Below are positions 1 through 13,527 of a stretch of DNA of 64,000 nucleotides, one piece after another. Numbering within the stretch: the first letter of the stretch is position 1; the number at the start of each line of letters is the position of its first letter. Both the position numbers and the translations under genes were made by a program. The DNA comes from Chara braunii. Its lineage: Eukaryota; Plantae; Charophyceae. Location of the stretch: contig BFEA01000017.1 of the NCBI GenBank assembly GCA_003427395.1, forward strand, positions 3,266,969-3,330,968, given 5' to 3'. The notes under the pieces were generated by a model that had not been told where the DNA came from, did no database searches, and worked only from the letters and a program-made list of their open reading frames with translations.

Positions 1-45
<45 letters not shown>
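1..45. repeat. (CA)n microsatellite
   Basis: Direct reading; truncated by window start. Confidence 0.98.
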
Positions 46-46
<1 letters not shown>

Positions 47-77
47 GTTGATCACCGCAAAGCAACGCCCCGATAAC

Positions 78-354
78 ATAGTTTGGTCCCCCGCGCCCCG
101 CGCAACGGGTAAAAAAAAGAAAAACCGCAGGCCCACGCACCGCACCGCACTGCACGACAGCGATCGGCGCTTTGCTTCCTCGGTCCACCCAACCAGCCTA
201 CCACTCTACCGGCCCGCTCCGCCGAACAACTCCCGACAATCCACCCAACCAGCCCGCCATGCTACCGCCCCGCTCCGACGGAACCGTGCGACAGCCTGCG
301 GAGTCTCACGTGGGCCCATCACGTGAGACCCACTTTTTGCTTTAGGGTATTAGA
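78..354 (-). mobile_element. Non-autonomous Helitron-like element
   Basis: Minus strand begins TCTAATACCCTAAAGCAAAAAGTGGGTCTCACGTG and ends in a GC-rich hairpin-like stretch followed by CTAT (CTAG-like). The same 5' end recurs at 47551 on the plus strand. Confidence 0.5.
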
Positions 355-378
355 GAAGACAGGGTAGAGGACAGATGG

Positions 379-545
379 ATGAAGCAATTAAATTTAAACA
401 AAGAAGTCCTTAAGCCAATTAAATGGTTCCGGAACATGAAATTTAAACCTACCAAAGTAGCCTCCTTACAATGGCAAATTGAACACAGTTGTCTGCCTAC
501 CAATGATTGGTTCATTAGTAGAACGAATTCTGGGTACAAGAACCA
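379..545 (+). pseudogene. LINE (L1-like) ORF2 C-terminal zf-RVT fragment
   Basis: Peptide KPTKVASLQWQIEHSCLPTNDWF resembles the zf-RVT motif (P-K-V-x-x-x-x-W-x-x-x-H-x-x-L-P-T); frame is broken downstream. Confidence 0.45.
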
Positions 546-1354
546 TACGATGAGTTCACGCGTAACCTATCCACGATTGGAAGAAGAGGGGTACTCTGGG
601 CCATATGGAGGAGAAGATGTACCTATGAGATAGAAGGGCCAAGGTTGGATGGTCCTGAATTCACAGACTCAATCAAACAACAAATTCAAACAGTGATTAG
701 GACACAGTGGGATAATGTCAAGGATTAAATTCAACACTTACACTCCGATAGTGAAATCCGGAACCATATTCAAAAATTCAGTCGCAATTGGCTTGGGGGC
801 CCACAAGGGAGGAAAATTAGCCAGGTCAAGAGGAAAGAGAGTGAGAGCAAGGAGGCTAAAGGTGTAAGTAATACATACTACGTGAAGTTAGAGGAATGGA
901 CGGTGGTAGATCCAGTATCCCAATGAGACACTTATCAAAATTCCCAGACCCATCTCCTCCACAACCAGGTTGTTTAGTTCCATGGTCATGGTTCGGAAAT
1001 GATTGAGGACTCATCTGATCAGGGTGGAATACAAGCTAAGTGGATATGAGAAAATTTGGCGCCCACAAATGGGTGAAGAGGCTTTATCTATTTGGAAGAT
1101 GAGATGACGGGTAAGGAGAAAAAGGAGATAGTGTGGTCTGGATGAGTAATAGGGCTAGTGTTTTAAGATCATCTGGCTCCTACGTTTGGGGGAAGAGGCC
1201 CAGTTCTCAGTTATCAACTCTTTCACCAATGTATCCAATGGGACACTAGACCCGGTTTCCAGCAGGTCCAGCTCCCCACCAATAGATGGAGTGACATGCA
1301 TAGGTATACTAGCTAGGGATGCTTGTATCACCTCAACTAGTATTACCTGCAGAG

Positions 1355-1385
<31 letters not shown>

Positions 1386-1517
1386 CTATGCTTGCAGGGA
1401 CCTCTTGTTGTGGGTCTTGCCCTGACCTACAGGCATGGCTATTTGGCTACTATTTGTCTGTTTGGACTGTGGGACCATGCAGTGTGTTCATTCACTTTGG
1501 TACCGTGTGTCAGTACC

Positions 1518-1946
1518 AGACTTGAATAATATTAAAAAAAATGTAGTTGAGGATTACTCTCACAACACACTACATTGCCTCAGCACAGTGTAACCAACAT
1601 GGTCTCCACCATACAGCAAACCTTGTACCTCAATGTTGCTCAGTCTGCTTTTGAGCGAACACTCTTTCTTACTTGTACTCCAAAAAATACAGCATAGTCT
1701 TTCGTTCCATGGGAACGATATGGGCCATGTTGTCCCCACAATACTAAAAAAAAAAATCAAAAATAGGAAATAAACATTTTTCCAGAGAATATTGTAGCAA
1801 AAAACTGAAAACCCGTGTAGCTTTGAAAAAAAACGTGCTCTCGAGGTGATAGCCACAACAATTGTCTAGGTACATCGCCGTTCGTGGAGATCTGTCAGTT
1901 CTGTCCTGAACGAGACAAATTTGGTCCAGAAAGGGGTCCTCGATAT
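1518..1946 (-). repeat. pLTR copy A
   Basis: Aligns by eye with 7537-7955 (tagttgaggattactctcac...ggtctccaccatac...gggtcctcgatat). Confidence 0.9.
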
Positions 1947-3424
1947 CTGAGGTTTTCGGTAAGTAAGTGTGGATCCGTCAGTTGGCCGATCATCTGTTAT
2001 GAACGAAACAAAACTAGTCCAGAATCGGAAGAGCTATCACACGTTACATGTACGAGGTGTTCAATTTTTTGGCTCATTCGTAATCTTCGTGTGTTTTTTT
2101 TTTTTTTTAAAAAAGAGAGACGGCGAAACAAAAAACATGCAACACGGTATCCAACTTATTCTAAGGTCCTCAATATCCAAGGCTTTTGGTTCTATATATA
2201 TTTTTTTTGCATATTATTATTCCCAGCCTCCATAGCACAAGGTGAGTTTCTGAGCCATCTGAGGTCAGCATCCTCCCAGTTTCCCCAACACTTTGTCCAG
2301 GGCAGCGAGGATTAATGAGTTCGGGAACCCGACCCTTTTCTGTTCTCTATGGAACATCATAACAGAGAGGGGTAGGAGCATTGGGCAGTTGATGTTTGAA
2401 TTAATACGATATAGGGTACCCATCAAATTAGCAATTTTCTGTTCTTTTCGTCTAAATGATAAGAAGGACCTCGTCACCATATATCGTGGTGCAGAGTGCT
2501 CATCCCAGATGTTTTCTGAGTTCTTAAATTTATGCATGGAGATAATTTCGACATAGCATTCAATAACAGACAATTTTGTTTTCAAGAATTCTGCTATATT
2601 AGTTTTTGGAAGGAGTAGTTCTTACGAGTTTCAGTGGGGATATCATGAAAACATCATTAACACCAATTTTTTCGAGCAAATGAAAGATATTCTGATAATT
2701 TTTGTTTATTTCCTGCAAATTCATGATTCGTACAGAAAAAGTGGCGTTTCTCAAATTGTGAACAAAGGGTTCGATTTCGGGAATTTCATTCGGTCTGACC
2801 CGAACGTGCTCATCAGTTCTGGGCAGCTGGTACCTGTGACATACACATTCAGCAACAAAGTTAGATGCATAGGTCATATGGTTATGCGACAAATCATCGA
2901 CAGACTTAGCTTTCGTCCAGACTGTTCATAGCTTGCATTGTATCAAACCAGATAATCCTGGAGAGTGCACTTTCTCTGCAATCAATTCACAAACTTCTCT
3001 TCTGACAATATTCTTGTCAATGCTCCAACTAAAGGGTAGTTTAACCACAATTCCTTGTCCGCAATTTATCCCCAACCTCTTCCTCAGTTCTATGAAAACG
3101 AGGCTCTGAGCAATTTGTCGGCCCCTTTTTGTGTTAATACTCTTCATGCATTTTAACATCGCAAACAATTCCTCGGTTTTTTTTTCTTCTACGATAATTT
3201 TTCTCTTTCATGGTGCTCTTAATAGGGCTAGTACTTCAGTTTTTCTTCGATCAGATTCGGTTTTGGTTTTAATTAAGCACGTCATTTCTCATGACCCACC
3301 TTGTTCAAGACCTCTTTCATATCTTTCAATAGCCAACATCGCACCTCCCCATCCCTGAATTTTGATTGACCAAAAACAAGCTTAATTAGTCTCCATAAGG
3401 TAATACATACATTCCACCGAAAAC

Positions 3425-3964
3425 TCACAATTTTCTTTCGGTGATGCTTCCCCACGGACTGATTAAGTAATTTTCGCAAATCAAAAGTCTTGTCATCTGA
3501 GAAATTGTGAGAAAAAGAGATAGGGGTTCATTTAACAGGAGAGACAAAGGACGTTCGTTCTGCTTTTTGACTTTGCGTGGGTGCGCCAAACCAGGATTTT
3601 CGTCCCGAATGACCTTATCCTCAATCCGCTTTAATTTGTTTTTCATACATAGCTGAATAGGGATCACAGTATATCGATGCGCCCCTTGCTTTCCAAGTCG
3701 TCTATGAACCCTAAAGATGGGATTTTCAGTAGCTATGACGTGCTCCTTCCATCTATCATGCAAAGTTTGACAAGTCTGACCCACATAAACGTGTCGACAA
3801 AATGGTGAAATCGGGACGTAGACACATGAGGAGCATTTGCGAATTTCGGTAACGTTCATCCAATCTAACTGTTCCCAGAATTTCCGATAGGTATTCCTCC
3901 ATCTAAAAAAAATTGTGAAACATGTATAAAGTGTACCGAATCTGAAAACGTTTTCGAAAAACAT
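3425..3964 (-). pseudogene. GIY-YIG endonuclease domain (PLE-type)
   Basis: CVYVPISPFCRHVYVGQTCQTLHDRWKEH...KRIEDKVIRDENPGL has the GIY/YIG-like strands, the conserved Arg...EH helix and the catalytic Glu; it is embedded in a frameshifted ORF. Confidence 0.8.
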
Positions 3965-4904
3965 TTTGATCTGACCCTAGAGAGACATAATTTTTTCACT
4001 AATCCATCCGAGGAGGCGTAGTGTAGCACGCTTGGAGATCTAATGTCCGACCACATCTTCATATTTTGCGTTATCATCAGAGCATTGCTCGCCATCTTCT
4101 TCATCCTCATTTCCAGGGTCGTCTTCTAGTTCGTTGTTGCCATGCACGAGTTTGTAGAACTCGTCGGTGTCTAGTTTGGCGAGTTTCCATACGCATTTAT
4201 CCTTCCTGACCCACTTGATGTTTCTCTTGACTCACAAACTTTTGATTTTCCTTCCATTCATTTCCATATAGTGATCGAGCCTTTGCCTCATGTACTCAAC
4301 GATCCCTGCCTCGGTCTTATCTTCACCCTGCTCCCGTTGTTGAGCTTTAACTTGTATTGCTCATCTTCGGACTCGGCGCTGGTTAAGTCTTCATTTTTTT
4401 TAGTACTTCCCTTCATCCTGTCTGCCGGAGGTGTGACGCACGTGCGGAGGGCACGTGCGGAGATGGTGTGAGAGAGAGAGAGAGAGGGAGAGGAGATGGA
4501 CACACACATGAAGCAACAGTTGAATGAAGGTCCAATCCGGCAATGAATGAATGAACGAACAGAATGAACGAACCTCCGCCCTGGGCCTATGCCGAAGTGA
4601 TATACCGGCCTAGGTCCAGGTACAGGATAACCTGGTACCGGACCAGGGTTAGGCCGACGGCCTGAAACTGGTCCGGCCTCACTGCCGGGCCGTAGGGGTA
4701 CCGCTACACGATCCTTGGACCTGTGAATGGATCAAGCGATACATCAAACACGCTATCCGCTGAAATAGCGGAAACCCAAAAGGAACGGCAAAAGGACCAA
4801 TCCTAAATGCGGAGCAGGCTCCATGCATGAAAAGAGATGCAATGCAGACTAAGCCGCAAGCCTAATCCATACCATAATGTCTGGTCTGTGTCGACCCAAG
4901 AAGT

Positions 4905-5015
4905 AGAAAAAATGTCGGACCTGTGTCGGCCAAGAAAGAGAAAAATGTCTGACCTGTGTCGGCCAAGAAAAAGAAAAATGTCTGACCTCTGTCGGCCAAG
5001 AAAGAGAAAAATGTC
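4905..5015. repeat. 30-bp tandem repeat (~3.5 copies)
   Basis: agaaaaatgtctgacctgtgtcggccaagaa repeated; the ORF track shows MSDLCRPRKRK three times. Confidence 0.9.
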
Positions 5016-6054
5016 TCCTCGGTCAAAGGGGCTGAATATAAATCAACACCAGTGCCCTAAAGGCCAAAGAATAACTAAACCGATGTCCTGCGTCGAAAAC
5101 CAATGTGGCACAGTCTCACGTGCCCTGTACACAATGCACAATACCTGAAGAAAAGAGAAAGGGGACTCAGTCGCATGGCAAAAGTAGGAATGGGTGGGAA
5201 GGCGGCAGGTACAGCTCTCAGAGTAAACTCCAAGGGGCCACCCACACAACCAGGAAAGGGGTCATCAGGCTCAGAGGGGGAGTTATAGCACGACACCGAG
5301 CTCAATGGAAACCATCAAACGGGTACCGCTAGATAAAAGGGGGGAAAAACACTCGCACAAGGGAGCACACATAAGGTGAGCCTGGGAGGAGAGAGGGTTA
5401 TGCCGGCATAGACATGTGGCCAGAAGCCGCGAGCAATGAAAACGTACACTCCAGAGGAGGGCGCGCAGCATAAGGTAAGGCAGAAGGGCGGCGAGCGGAC
5501 ACACCCACATAGACAGGGAAAATTGGGATCATCATGCGACTGAAGGGTAAGCTCGAGGGTGGTGGATAGGTGGGAATGATGGGAACTCCGTAGCCGGAAA
5601 AGTGAAGTAGTCCAACTGATGAGTGTCGAGACTGAAGTCGAACCGAAGTAGCCTGGATGAAGTAGGAGTACCGCAAGAACCGAGTAGAAGTCCGGAAGAA
5701 TGTGACAGGTACTTTGGTACTGAAGAGCGGCACTGAGGTCGAAAGTCGAATGTAGAAGCCGAAACCGGGAGCTGCTGCATACGTGTCCAGGAATGGTGAG
5801 AGACAAAGGGGGGGAAATGGATATAGATCAGTCAAGATAACGAGAAGGAAGTCGATGGGTACGCTGAGGGCGAGAGGAATGAACTGCAACAACAGGCGGA
5901 ACCACATCCACAAGGGAAAGAGAGCCTGGGGCGGGTACCGGTGGAGCAGGAGGACCTATCGATGGAGGAGGGGGAATGTTAGTGGTTGCAGATGTAGAGG
6001 GGTCAGTAGTAGGAGGACGAGAAGTAGGGGGGGAAGATGATGAAGGGAAAGGAT

Positions 6055-6260
6055 GAGCACGATCGTAAGCACGCACGAAAGTCATAGCATGCTTCAGGTG
6101 TTCAAGAGGCTCCCAAGTAGACTCCTCGTCAAGATAACCCTTCCATCGAACGAGATACTCGAGGCGGGGAGGGTCACCATCAGTCATACGCCGGGACGCA
6201 ATATAAAAGACGACAAACTTCTCGTGACCCTCAATGATGATGGGTGAGGGGCGAGGGTAA
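6055..6260 (-). pseudogene. Chromodomain fragment, chromovirus (Ty3/Gypsy) integrase-tail type
   Basis: IEGHEKFVVFYIASRR...LEYLVRWKGYLDEESTWEPLEHLKHA is a chromodomain signature; no integrase or RT is seen upstream. Confidence 0.85.
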
Positions 6261-7536
6261 GGTTGACCATGGAACTCGGGCGGAGACCGTCTGAAGGGGT
6301 ATATTTGTGTTCGCGTTCTCGTTCGTGCTCGTGTGATCCCCCTGTCCTCTATTTGCAATGACAGACAACAGATTCATAGCATCTTCCAACTTGACTTCGC
6401 TCGAATTGCTGCTCTGGACAACATTCATCTTTCCAACCTTCTTGGTTTCCTCAACATCTGATGAAACTTCAATCCGTGGTTGCCTTATCTGGATACCTCC
6501 ACTCTGAGATCTCGATTTGGACTTCTGACGCTCAATGGAGGGTGAATTCGCTCCCACCACCCACTTTTTCTTCTCGTTACTATTAGCCTCCTCCTTTACA
6601 CCCTTTCCTTCAATTTCTTGCACCATCTTGATTATCTTCTCTCGTTCCACCTCAGCTTCTTTGGATTTTTTACCACAGCATCCAGTTTTTCAAAGATTCT
6701 CCTGAGAGAGATGCCGAAATTCTCAGCCATCCATGCCTTCAGGTTTTTTTTATCGTCTTCCGATTTACACTCCGCTTTACCGTGCCCTTTCTTCGCGCCT
6801 TGCTTGCTGCTTCCGCTAAAGTCTTCAACAATTTTCTTTGTTTCATCTTGCTTTTTCGCCTTCCATTTTTCAATCAGCTCGAAATGCTTCCTTGTGAACC
6901 ATGCCCTATTTCTCGGAGTGGGAAAAGGGTTCGCTGCAGGAGTCCTTTGGTAGTTTTGGTGCCCATAGTTCCAACTCGGAGGTGGTTGAGGAGGTCCCAG
7001 TAGCGCCGGAGGCGCTAGTGCTGGTACTCATCCATAGTGAGGATAAGTGTAGCTTGGCTGTGACACTGCAGGCAACGTCGGAGGTTGGAGGTTCTGACCA
7101 ACAACCGATACGGTGGCAGGCGGTGTCACCGCTTGATACCGTCGATCCTTGACCACCTTCACTTGCCTCGCCCTCCTTCCCTCCTACGAACGTACTTGCG
7201 GGCTTGAACTTGAAGTTTTGATTCTTGATGCCTTGACGCCAACGATTCACCTGCAAAAATGTGTCTAGTACTCTCCCCACATCCCTATTGATCAATCGTA
7301 AGGGTAGTTGCGTGGAGCTAGTATAATAGAGAGTGTAATAAGGAGTGAGAAAGAACGCACATGTAGTACGAGTTCAAACCGGATCCCGCACACCATTACG
7401 TAGGGGAAGAAACACGATTGCGCTAATCCCTGTGATATAGAGCAAGAGATAGATAGGAAAAACTCGATGAAGATAGCGCAGTACAAGGTGAGTGTGTCCA
7501 AACACAATCGCAAGGTCGTTCGCCAGACTCATCAAT

Positions 7537-7955
7537 AGACTTCAATAATATAGTTGAGGATTACTCTCACTGCACACCACATTGCCTCAGCGCAGTGTAA
7601 CCAACATGGTCTCCACCATACCGCAAACCTTCTATCTCAGTGCTACTCAGTCTGCTTTCAAGCGAACGCTCTTTCTTACTTATACTCCAAAAAATACCGC
7701 ATAACCTTTCGTTCCACGGGAATGATATGGGTCACGCTGTCTCTGCAATACTGAAAAAAATAAAAAATAGGAAATAAACATTTTTTCAGAGATTCTCAAA
7801 ATTATAGCAAAAAACTTAAAACCCATGTAGCTTTGAAAAAAACGTGTTCTCTAGGAGACAGCCACACCGATTGTCCAGGCACATCTCCGTTCGTGGAGAT
7901 CCGTCACTTTTGTCCTGAACAAAACAAAACTGGTCTAGAAGCGGGTCCTCGATAT
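7537..7955 (-). repeat. pLTR copy B
   Basis: Diverged direct copy of 1518-1946. Confidence 0.9.
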
Positions 7956-9589
7956 ACCAAGCAGCAGTTTGTACTGCGTTTCATTCTTCATCTGCTCAAC
8001 TTTGGAATACGACGGAGCTGCTTCTCTCCACTCCACCATCTCCTCCTTCCACTTCATCTCTCTCTCTCCTCCACAACGACAGGACCGCCACCTCGGCAGG
8101 TCCGTTACACTGTTGTCCGCGTGGGAGTGGCCCTGCTTCCACCCATCCATCCCGTAGTGCAGGCGGCCAAGGCCAAGGTCGTCACACACACACACACTCG
8201 AACACTGCGCTCAGCGTCCGCACCTGCCCCGCCCCGCCTCCGAATGAATCTATGTCAAGATCCAGGATGCATGTTGTCGACAGGATCTGAGCTTGGGCAG
8301 TTGCTGCTCATCCGCATGCGTGGCTAGTGCCTTAACACATTGGTCATAGTTTGAGTATGAGTTGCCTGTGTGGCACGTTGGTGTTGAAAAGTGTCATGCC
8401 AGCTATTTACCTCTTCGCCTGCTCCCCCCCCCCCCATTCCACCCCGCCGACGAACAGGGGGCGGTAGAACAACAGTGGGTGTGCTACTATTCGTCACCCC
8501 CATCGGGTGGTTGTTGTTGCCTGCGCACGTGGTCATCTGCATACCATGTGGAAACTTCCTAAGGGATTTGAAGACCCCCTCTGGCTAAGGGGCTCCGCTA
8601 CAGTCACATCTGGGTGTTTGATCAAGATCTCGGCCTACCCCATATACCTTTACCTACAGTTCTAATCTAGATGATCAGGTCTAACTACTGCATCAGTGGT
8701 TTACCATCATCTTGAAGGCCCCTTCTCCCACGCGGTGTTTGAAGGCCAAGATCATGTGACCTTGGTAATTTCTACGCTCCTTGTCATTCAAGAGTTGGAT
8801 ATCACCCCTCCACTCACTAATGAATTTTCCCCCACTCCTTTTCCCTATCTCTCTCTTCTATCACCTCATCATCTTTCACTAATCCTACCACTAATCCCTC
8901 ACCTTTTTTAATTTTTCTCTCCTCTTTTCTCCACTTTTCTCGTCTTCTTTCCACTGCCCTCTCCTATACCTTACTCTTCACTCACACTCGTTTGTGAGTG
9001 TGCATATCTATGTGTGTGTGAGGTCATGTTCTCTATACACCGTGACCACTTGACATAAGAAAAAGCATGACTGTACTAGACTATTTCGTCGGATTTTAGC
9101 CAACTCATCATGTGTGTATGTGTGTGTGTGTGTGAGTGAGAGAGAGACAGCGAGCGAGAGAGAGAGAGAGAGTGAACGAACATAGAGAGAGAGAGAGAGA
9201 GAGAGAGAAAAGGGAGAGGTTGCTTCGGCGGCACTGACCACCGACCCCCGAGCAGAATGTAACCCCCACCCGACATTGCGGTTTCCGACCAAAAGAATGG
9301 CTTGTATACATTCACAATGATTGTATTATTATTATTATTATTAAAAACGATTTGCTTGACCCCACCTCTTCTACTTGTTGTATGAAAGAATGGAGGCATG
9401 CGGGATGTGTGATGCATCCACCGAATGACGTCGCAAGGCCGGCTCTGTCATCTATCCGGCTTGCGTGCTTGTGCATGTCATGTCCCCCATGTTGTGATCT
9501 TGGTGTGTTGCGCAGTGTGGAGGACCGTGTCGCGTTCCCGATGAGAGAGAAAGGGGGAGACAGACAGGCACCGATATACAAATTGACAA

Positions 9590-10240
9590 CCAGATAGACA
9601 GACACGAACATACAGACAAGCATTGACAGACAACTTGAAACATATAGTGACAGGCAAATAGACAAACAATGACAGACGGACATACATTGGCAGACAAACA
9701 GACAAGGTATCAGACAGACAGACACAGAAAAAGGGAGATAGCAGGTGGGGCTCATGAAGAAGCGCGTGTAGAGGTAGAAGAAGGAGAAGAAGAAAAAAAA
9801 GAAGAGGGGATAAGAGGGTGAAGAAAAAAAAGGAAGGAAAAACGAAGGGAAAAGATAAACATACGGGCAAGATATGGACAGACAGAAAGATACAACTAGA
9901 CAAACAGTCAGTCGGACAGACAAGCAAGACAGATAGAGAAAAAAGAATGGACAGACATACGTGCAAAAACATACAGACGCGAAACAGGCTTATAGACACA
10001 AACAGAGAAACGAACACACAGATGGATAGAGGCGGACAGACAAAAATGTACAAACGGACAAAACAGAAACAGACAGACAGGGACTGACAGACAGACAGAC
10101 CGACAGACAGGCAGATGGGTCAAGTCAGACAGACAGACACGGAGAGAGAGAGCGCATGTATGAAGAAGACAGTGGGCGAATAGAGAAAAGACAAGCGAGA
10201 GAGAGAGAAGAGAAGGAAAGGACAAGGGAGAAAAGAGAGA
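9590..10240. repeat. Degenerate (GACA)n/(GA)n low-complexity tract
   Basis: Direct reading; explains the spurious Val/Cys/Leu/Ser-rich minus-strand ORFs. Confidence 0.85.
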
Positions 10241-11322
10241 AACGTACGTTGTACTAATGGCGGTTTGCGGAAGTGACGCCGAGTTGTGCCTTGGTCATCA
10301 GTTGCGAAGTGGCTCCAGCTGCTGTCATGTTTTGGGCTAGAGTAGTGTCCGCTAGGATAGGTTGGGCACTAAACGTGAGGTCATAAGAGCCGCATTATCT
10401 TCCTTGTGGGTAATAGGGGCAGGTGTTTATTTCCGACATTCGAGTTCACTGTAGTGTTCTTATTTTAACACATATCTCGGTGCTTAATGCCTTCTGCGAG
10501 GTACAAGGCTATTTGGTTTGCAATGTGCCGCAACATTCTGGTTCTCTATTTATTGTTGCCGTTCATATTTCTCGCACATAATTATCTGCAATCAGACTTG
10601 CCTTCTCGACGCTCAACATGCGTACAAAGAGAAGACGATCACACAAACGACTTGCGCCCACACAAAGCTCAGAGATAACATAGCCAAGAACACAGTTCAT
10701 ATCCAAACTTACCTCGATTGGTTATGGCAGATCAGTTGCGTCCGACAACTTATTCGCACATACGCAACTCTGTAATCTCCCTAGATGTCACGCACACGAG
10801 CACGCGATACCTACACGCACACGCACACTAACTGTACTAACCCGCAACTATGGCTGCCGCCCACCTCCTCTTGTGCCACTTCTCCTACGCTTCAATATCG
10901 CTTCCGCACTGCTCACAAGCGGAATAAGATCCTTGAAAGTTCGTTGGCTTCATATTTTTAGATTATCAAGGTCGGTTCTTGAATGTTGGGACCGAGGTGC
11001 ACACAATCCCACATGGTACTTACAGACTTGACAAATGGGTGACTGGGACTAGGTACCGCTGATTGGGCAGGCTAGGACTGCCGACCTGACCATTTGTCCA
11101 CGGACTGCAGCCTAGGACTCACGACGGGTCAGTTACGGATCTTCAAGAAGATTCTGTACTTGACCCTTCAGTACTGTAGCAGCTACAACCCAGACCTCTA
11201 ACCTATAGACCTATGGTTCAAGCTCATGCGAGTCAACGGACACTGTACCCAGGAGAGGGCGAGGCTTAGGAATCAAGCCCTGGGAACTGCATATGTTGCC
11301 ACAGCATCACATCTGGGAGTTT

Positions 11323-12791
11323 CAGGTTGTCAAGTTGAACGTACGGAGGCCCCTAAGCTGACCCTTAAATGTTCACGCATTCGGTTCCCCGTACGGGGCT
11401 TGAACCTGAAGGGGTTCGGACCCCGCAAAAAATTATTTTGGCACCTGAATTTTTTTTTCTTATGTTTTTTTATGAGTTCTTTGTAATATAAGGTATCTTC
11501 CTCTTAAATTTTGAGGCATTCTGTTAAACCACTAGTACCTTTGGCATCCGGTTTCGACAAGTTTTTGCCAGCTCCCGAACTTTTAGGAGGTCGAGTCCGG
11601 CGTTGATCAATCTGATCGGCGGTCGCTGTTTCGTTTCGGCCTCCTGAAAGGTCATAGGCCCGCTATTTTCCGAACCGACAAAGGTACTAGTGGTTTAAGC
11701 CAAAACATATTGAAAAATCGACAAAGATTGTGATGTCAAAACTTGCTTGCCCACTCACTAATTTGTTTTTTTTTCTCTTTTCACTTTTTGTTTTCCTTTT
11801 ATTTCGGGGCATGAAAAAAATTGTTATTTTTTCAAACCTTATTTTTAGGTTCTCTATTAAGTAAGATACACATACGTCATTATATATACAGGGTAACCGG
11901 CGTTCGGGACGGGCCGAATGCCCAAAATTGAACGCCCGAACGTATGGGACTCCTTGAGCATGCGTTCGCCCGTCCGGGCCGGACGCGGACCCCAAAGAAA
12001 AAAAAAAAAAAAAAAATGTATTGACGTCAGCTTCGGTTGGATTTAGGCTCGCTAGAGTTCAGATACAAAAAAAATCAAAAAATATGAAAAACAATATATG
12101 TTATGAAGAAAAATAAATTAAACAAGATTTGTCTGAGCATAACATTCAAATTCCTTACCAAATTTGAAATAAAAATAAAATCTAAAAAAAAAATAATAAT
12201 AATAAAAATAACGAAAAAAAAATAAAAAAATTAGTGAATGCACGAGCACGTTTTCAACACCGTCATCTTTGGCGATTTGTTATATTATTTTGGCATAGCT
12301 AAACGCCCTGAAATTTTCAAATGTTTACTTTACATAATGCAAAACCCACTAACAAAGTTTCAAAAAATAATAAAATTGTTTAAACCCCGAACTAAAGTGA
12401 AAAAAAAAAAAAAAAAACAATGTCGGCGAGCACGTTTTGACACCGCCATCTTTTGCGACTTTTTAATTCTTATTTGGCTAAGCTAAATGATTTCAAAATT
12501 TATAGGCATGTACCTGACGTCATGGACAACTCACAAAAAAAACTTTAAAAAACACAAATTATTTTTAGGCCCCGAAATAAGTTTTGGCGGGGGCCAAACG
12601 CCGTTGGGTTCGGACCCCGAACGCCTATACATACGGAGGTCTGCTCGGGGACCTCCGTATGTACGGGTTGGTGACCACTATATATATATACAGAGTTGCC
12701 GGCGTTCGGGACGGGCCGAGCGTCCGAACCCAAACTCCCGAACGTACGGGACCCTTTCGGAAGTCGTTCGGCCGTTCGGGCCGAACGCGGA

Positions 12792-12835
<44 letters not shown>

Positions 12836-13470
12836 GTTTTCAAACAATTTCAAAAAATATATATGTTATGAAAACAACTAAACTTAACAACATTTGCCTC
12901 GGCACTACATCCAAATTCTTTACTAAATTTGAATTAAAAATCAAATACAGAAAATAAACACTATGATAAAAATAAAAAAAAATAAAAAGAGAATTAAAAT
13001 GAGTGAGTGTGTCAGCACCTTTTCGTCACCGCCATCTTTGCCGATTTTTAATTATTTTTGGCATTGACAAATGCCCTGAAAATTTACAGATATGTTGCTT
13101 ACATAATCAATAACTCATTAAATGTTTTTCAAAAAATATTGTTTAGGCCCTGAAATAAAGTGAAAACAAAAAGTTAAAAGTGAAAAAAAAAACAAAATAG
13201 TGAGTGGGCGAGCATATTTTGACACCCCCATCTTTTACGATTTTTAATACTTTTTTGGCTTAGCAGAATGGCTTCCAAATTTATAGGCGTGTAGGTCACA
13301 TCATAGAGAACCCACAAAAAACAATTCAGAAAAAAAAAACTTATTTTTAGGCCCCGAAAAAAAATTTGGCAAGGGCCGAACCTGGAGGTATTCGGCCCCC
13401 GAATGGGACCCCGAACGCCCGAACGTTCGGGGGCCAGCCTGGGGCCCCCGAACGTTCGGCCAGGTAACCT

Positions 13471-13527
<57 letters not shown>

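Larger units (their letters stand above)
1518..7955 (-). mobile_element. Degenerate Penelope-like retroelement (PLE) with terminal direct repeats (pseudo-LTRs)
   Basis: ~420-bp direct repeats at 1518-1946 and 7537-7955. Internal minus-strand GIY-YIG ORF (3425-3964) and further broken ORF pieces (2265-3168, 4288-4430, 6350-7295). Hammerhead-like motif at 7496-7540. Confidence 0.7.

Noticed and set aside
9312-10225. Long minus-strand ORFs
   Set aside because: Products of GACA/GA low-complexity DNA.
10250-11311. Possible solo LTR (TG...CA); similar candidate at 25630-26637
   Set aside because: No TSD, PBS or PPT and no second copy in the window.
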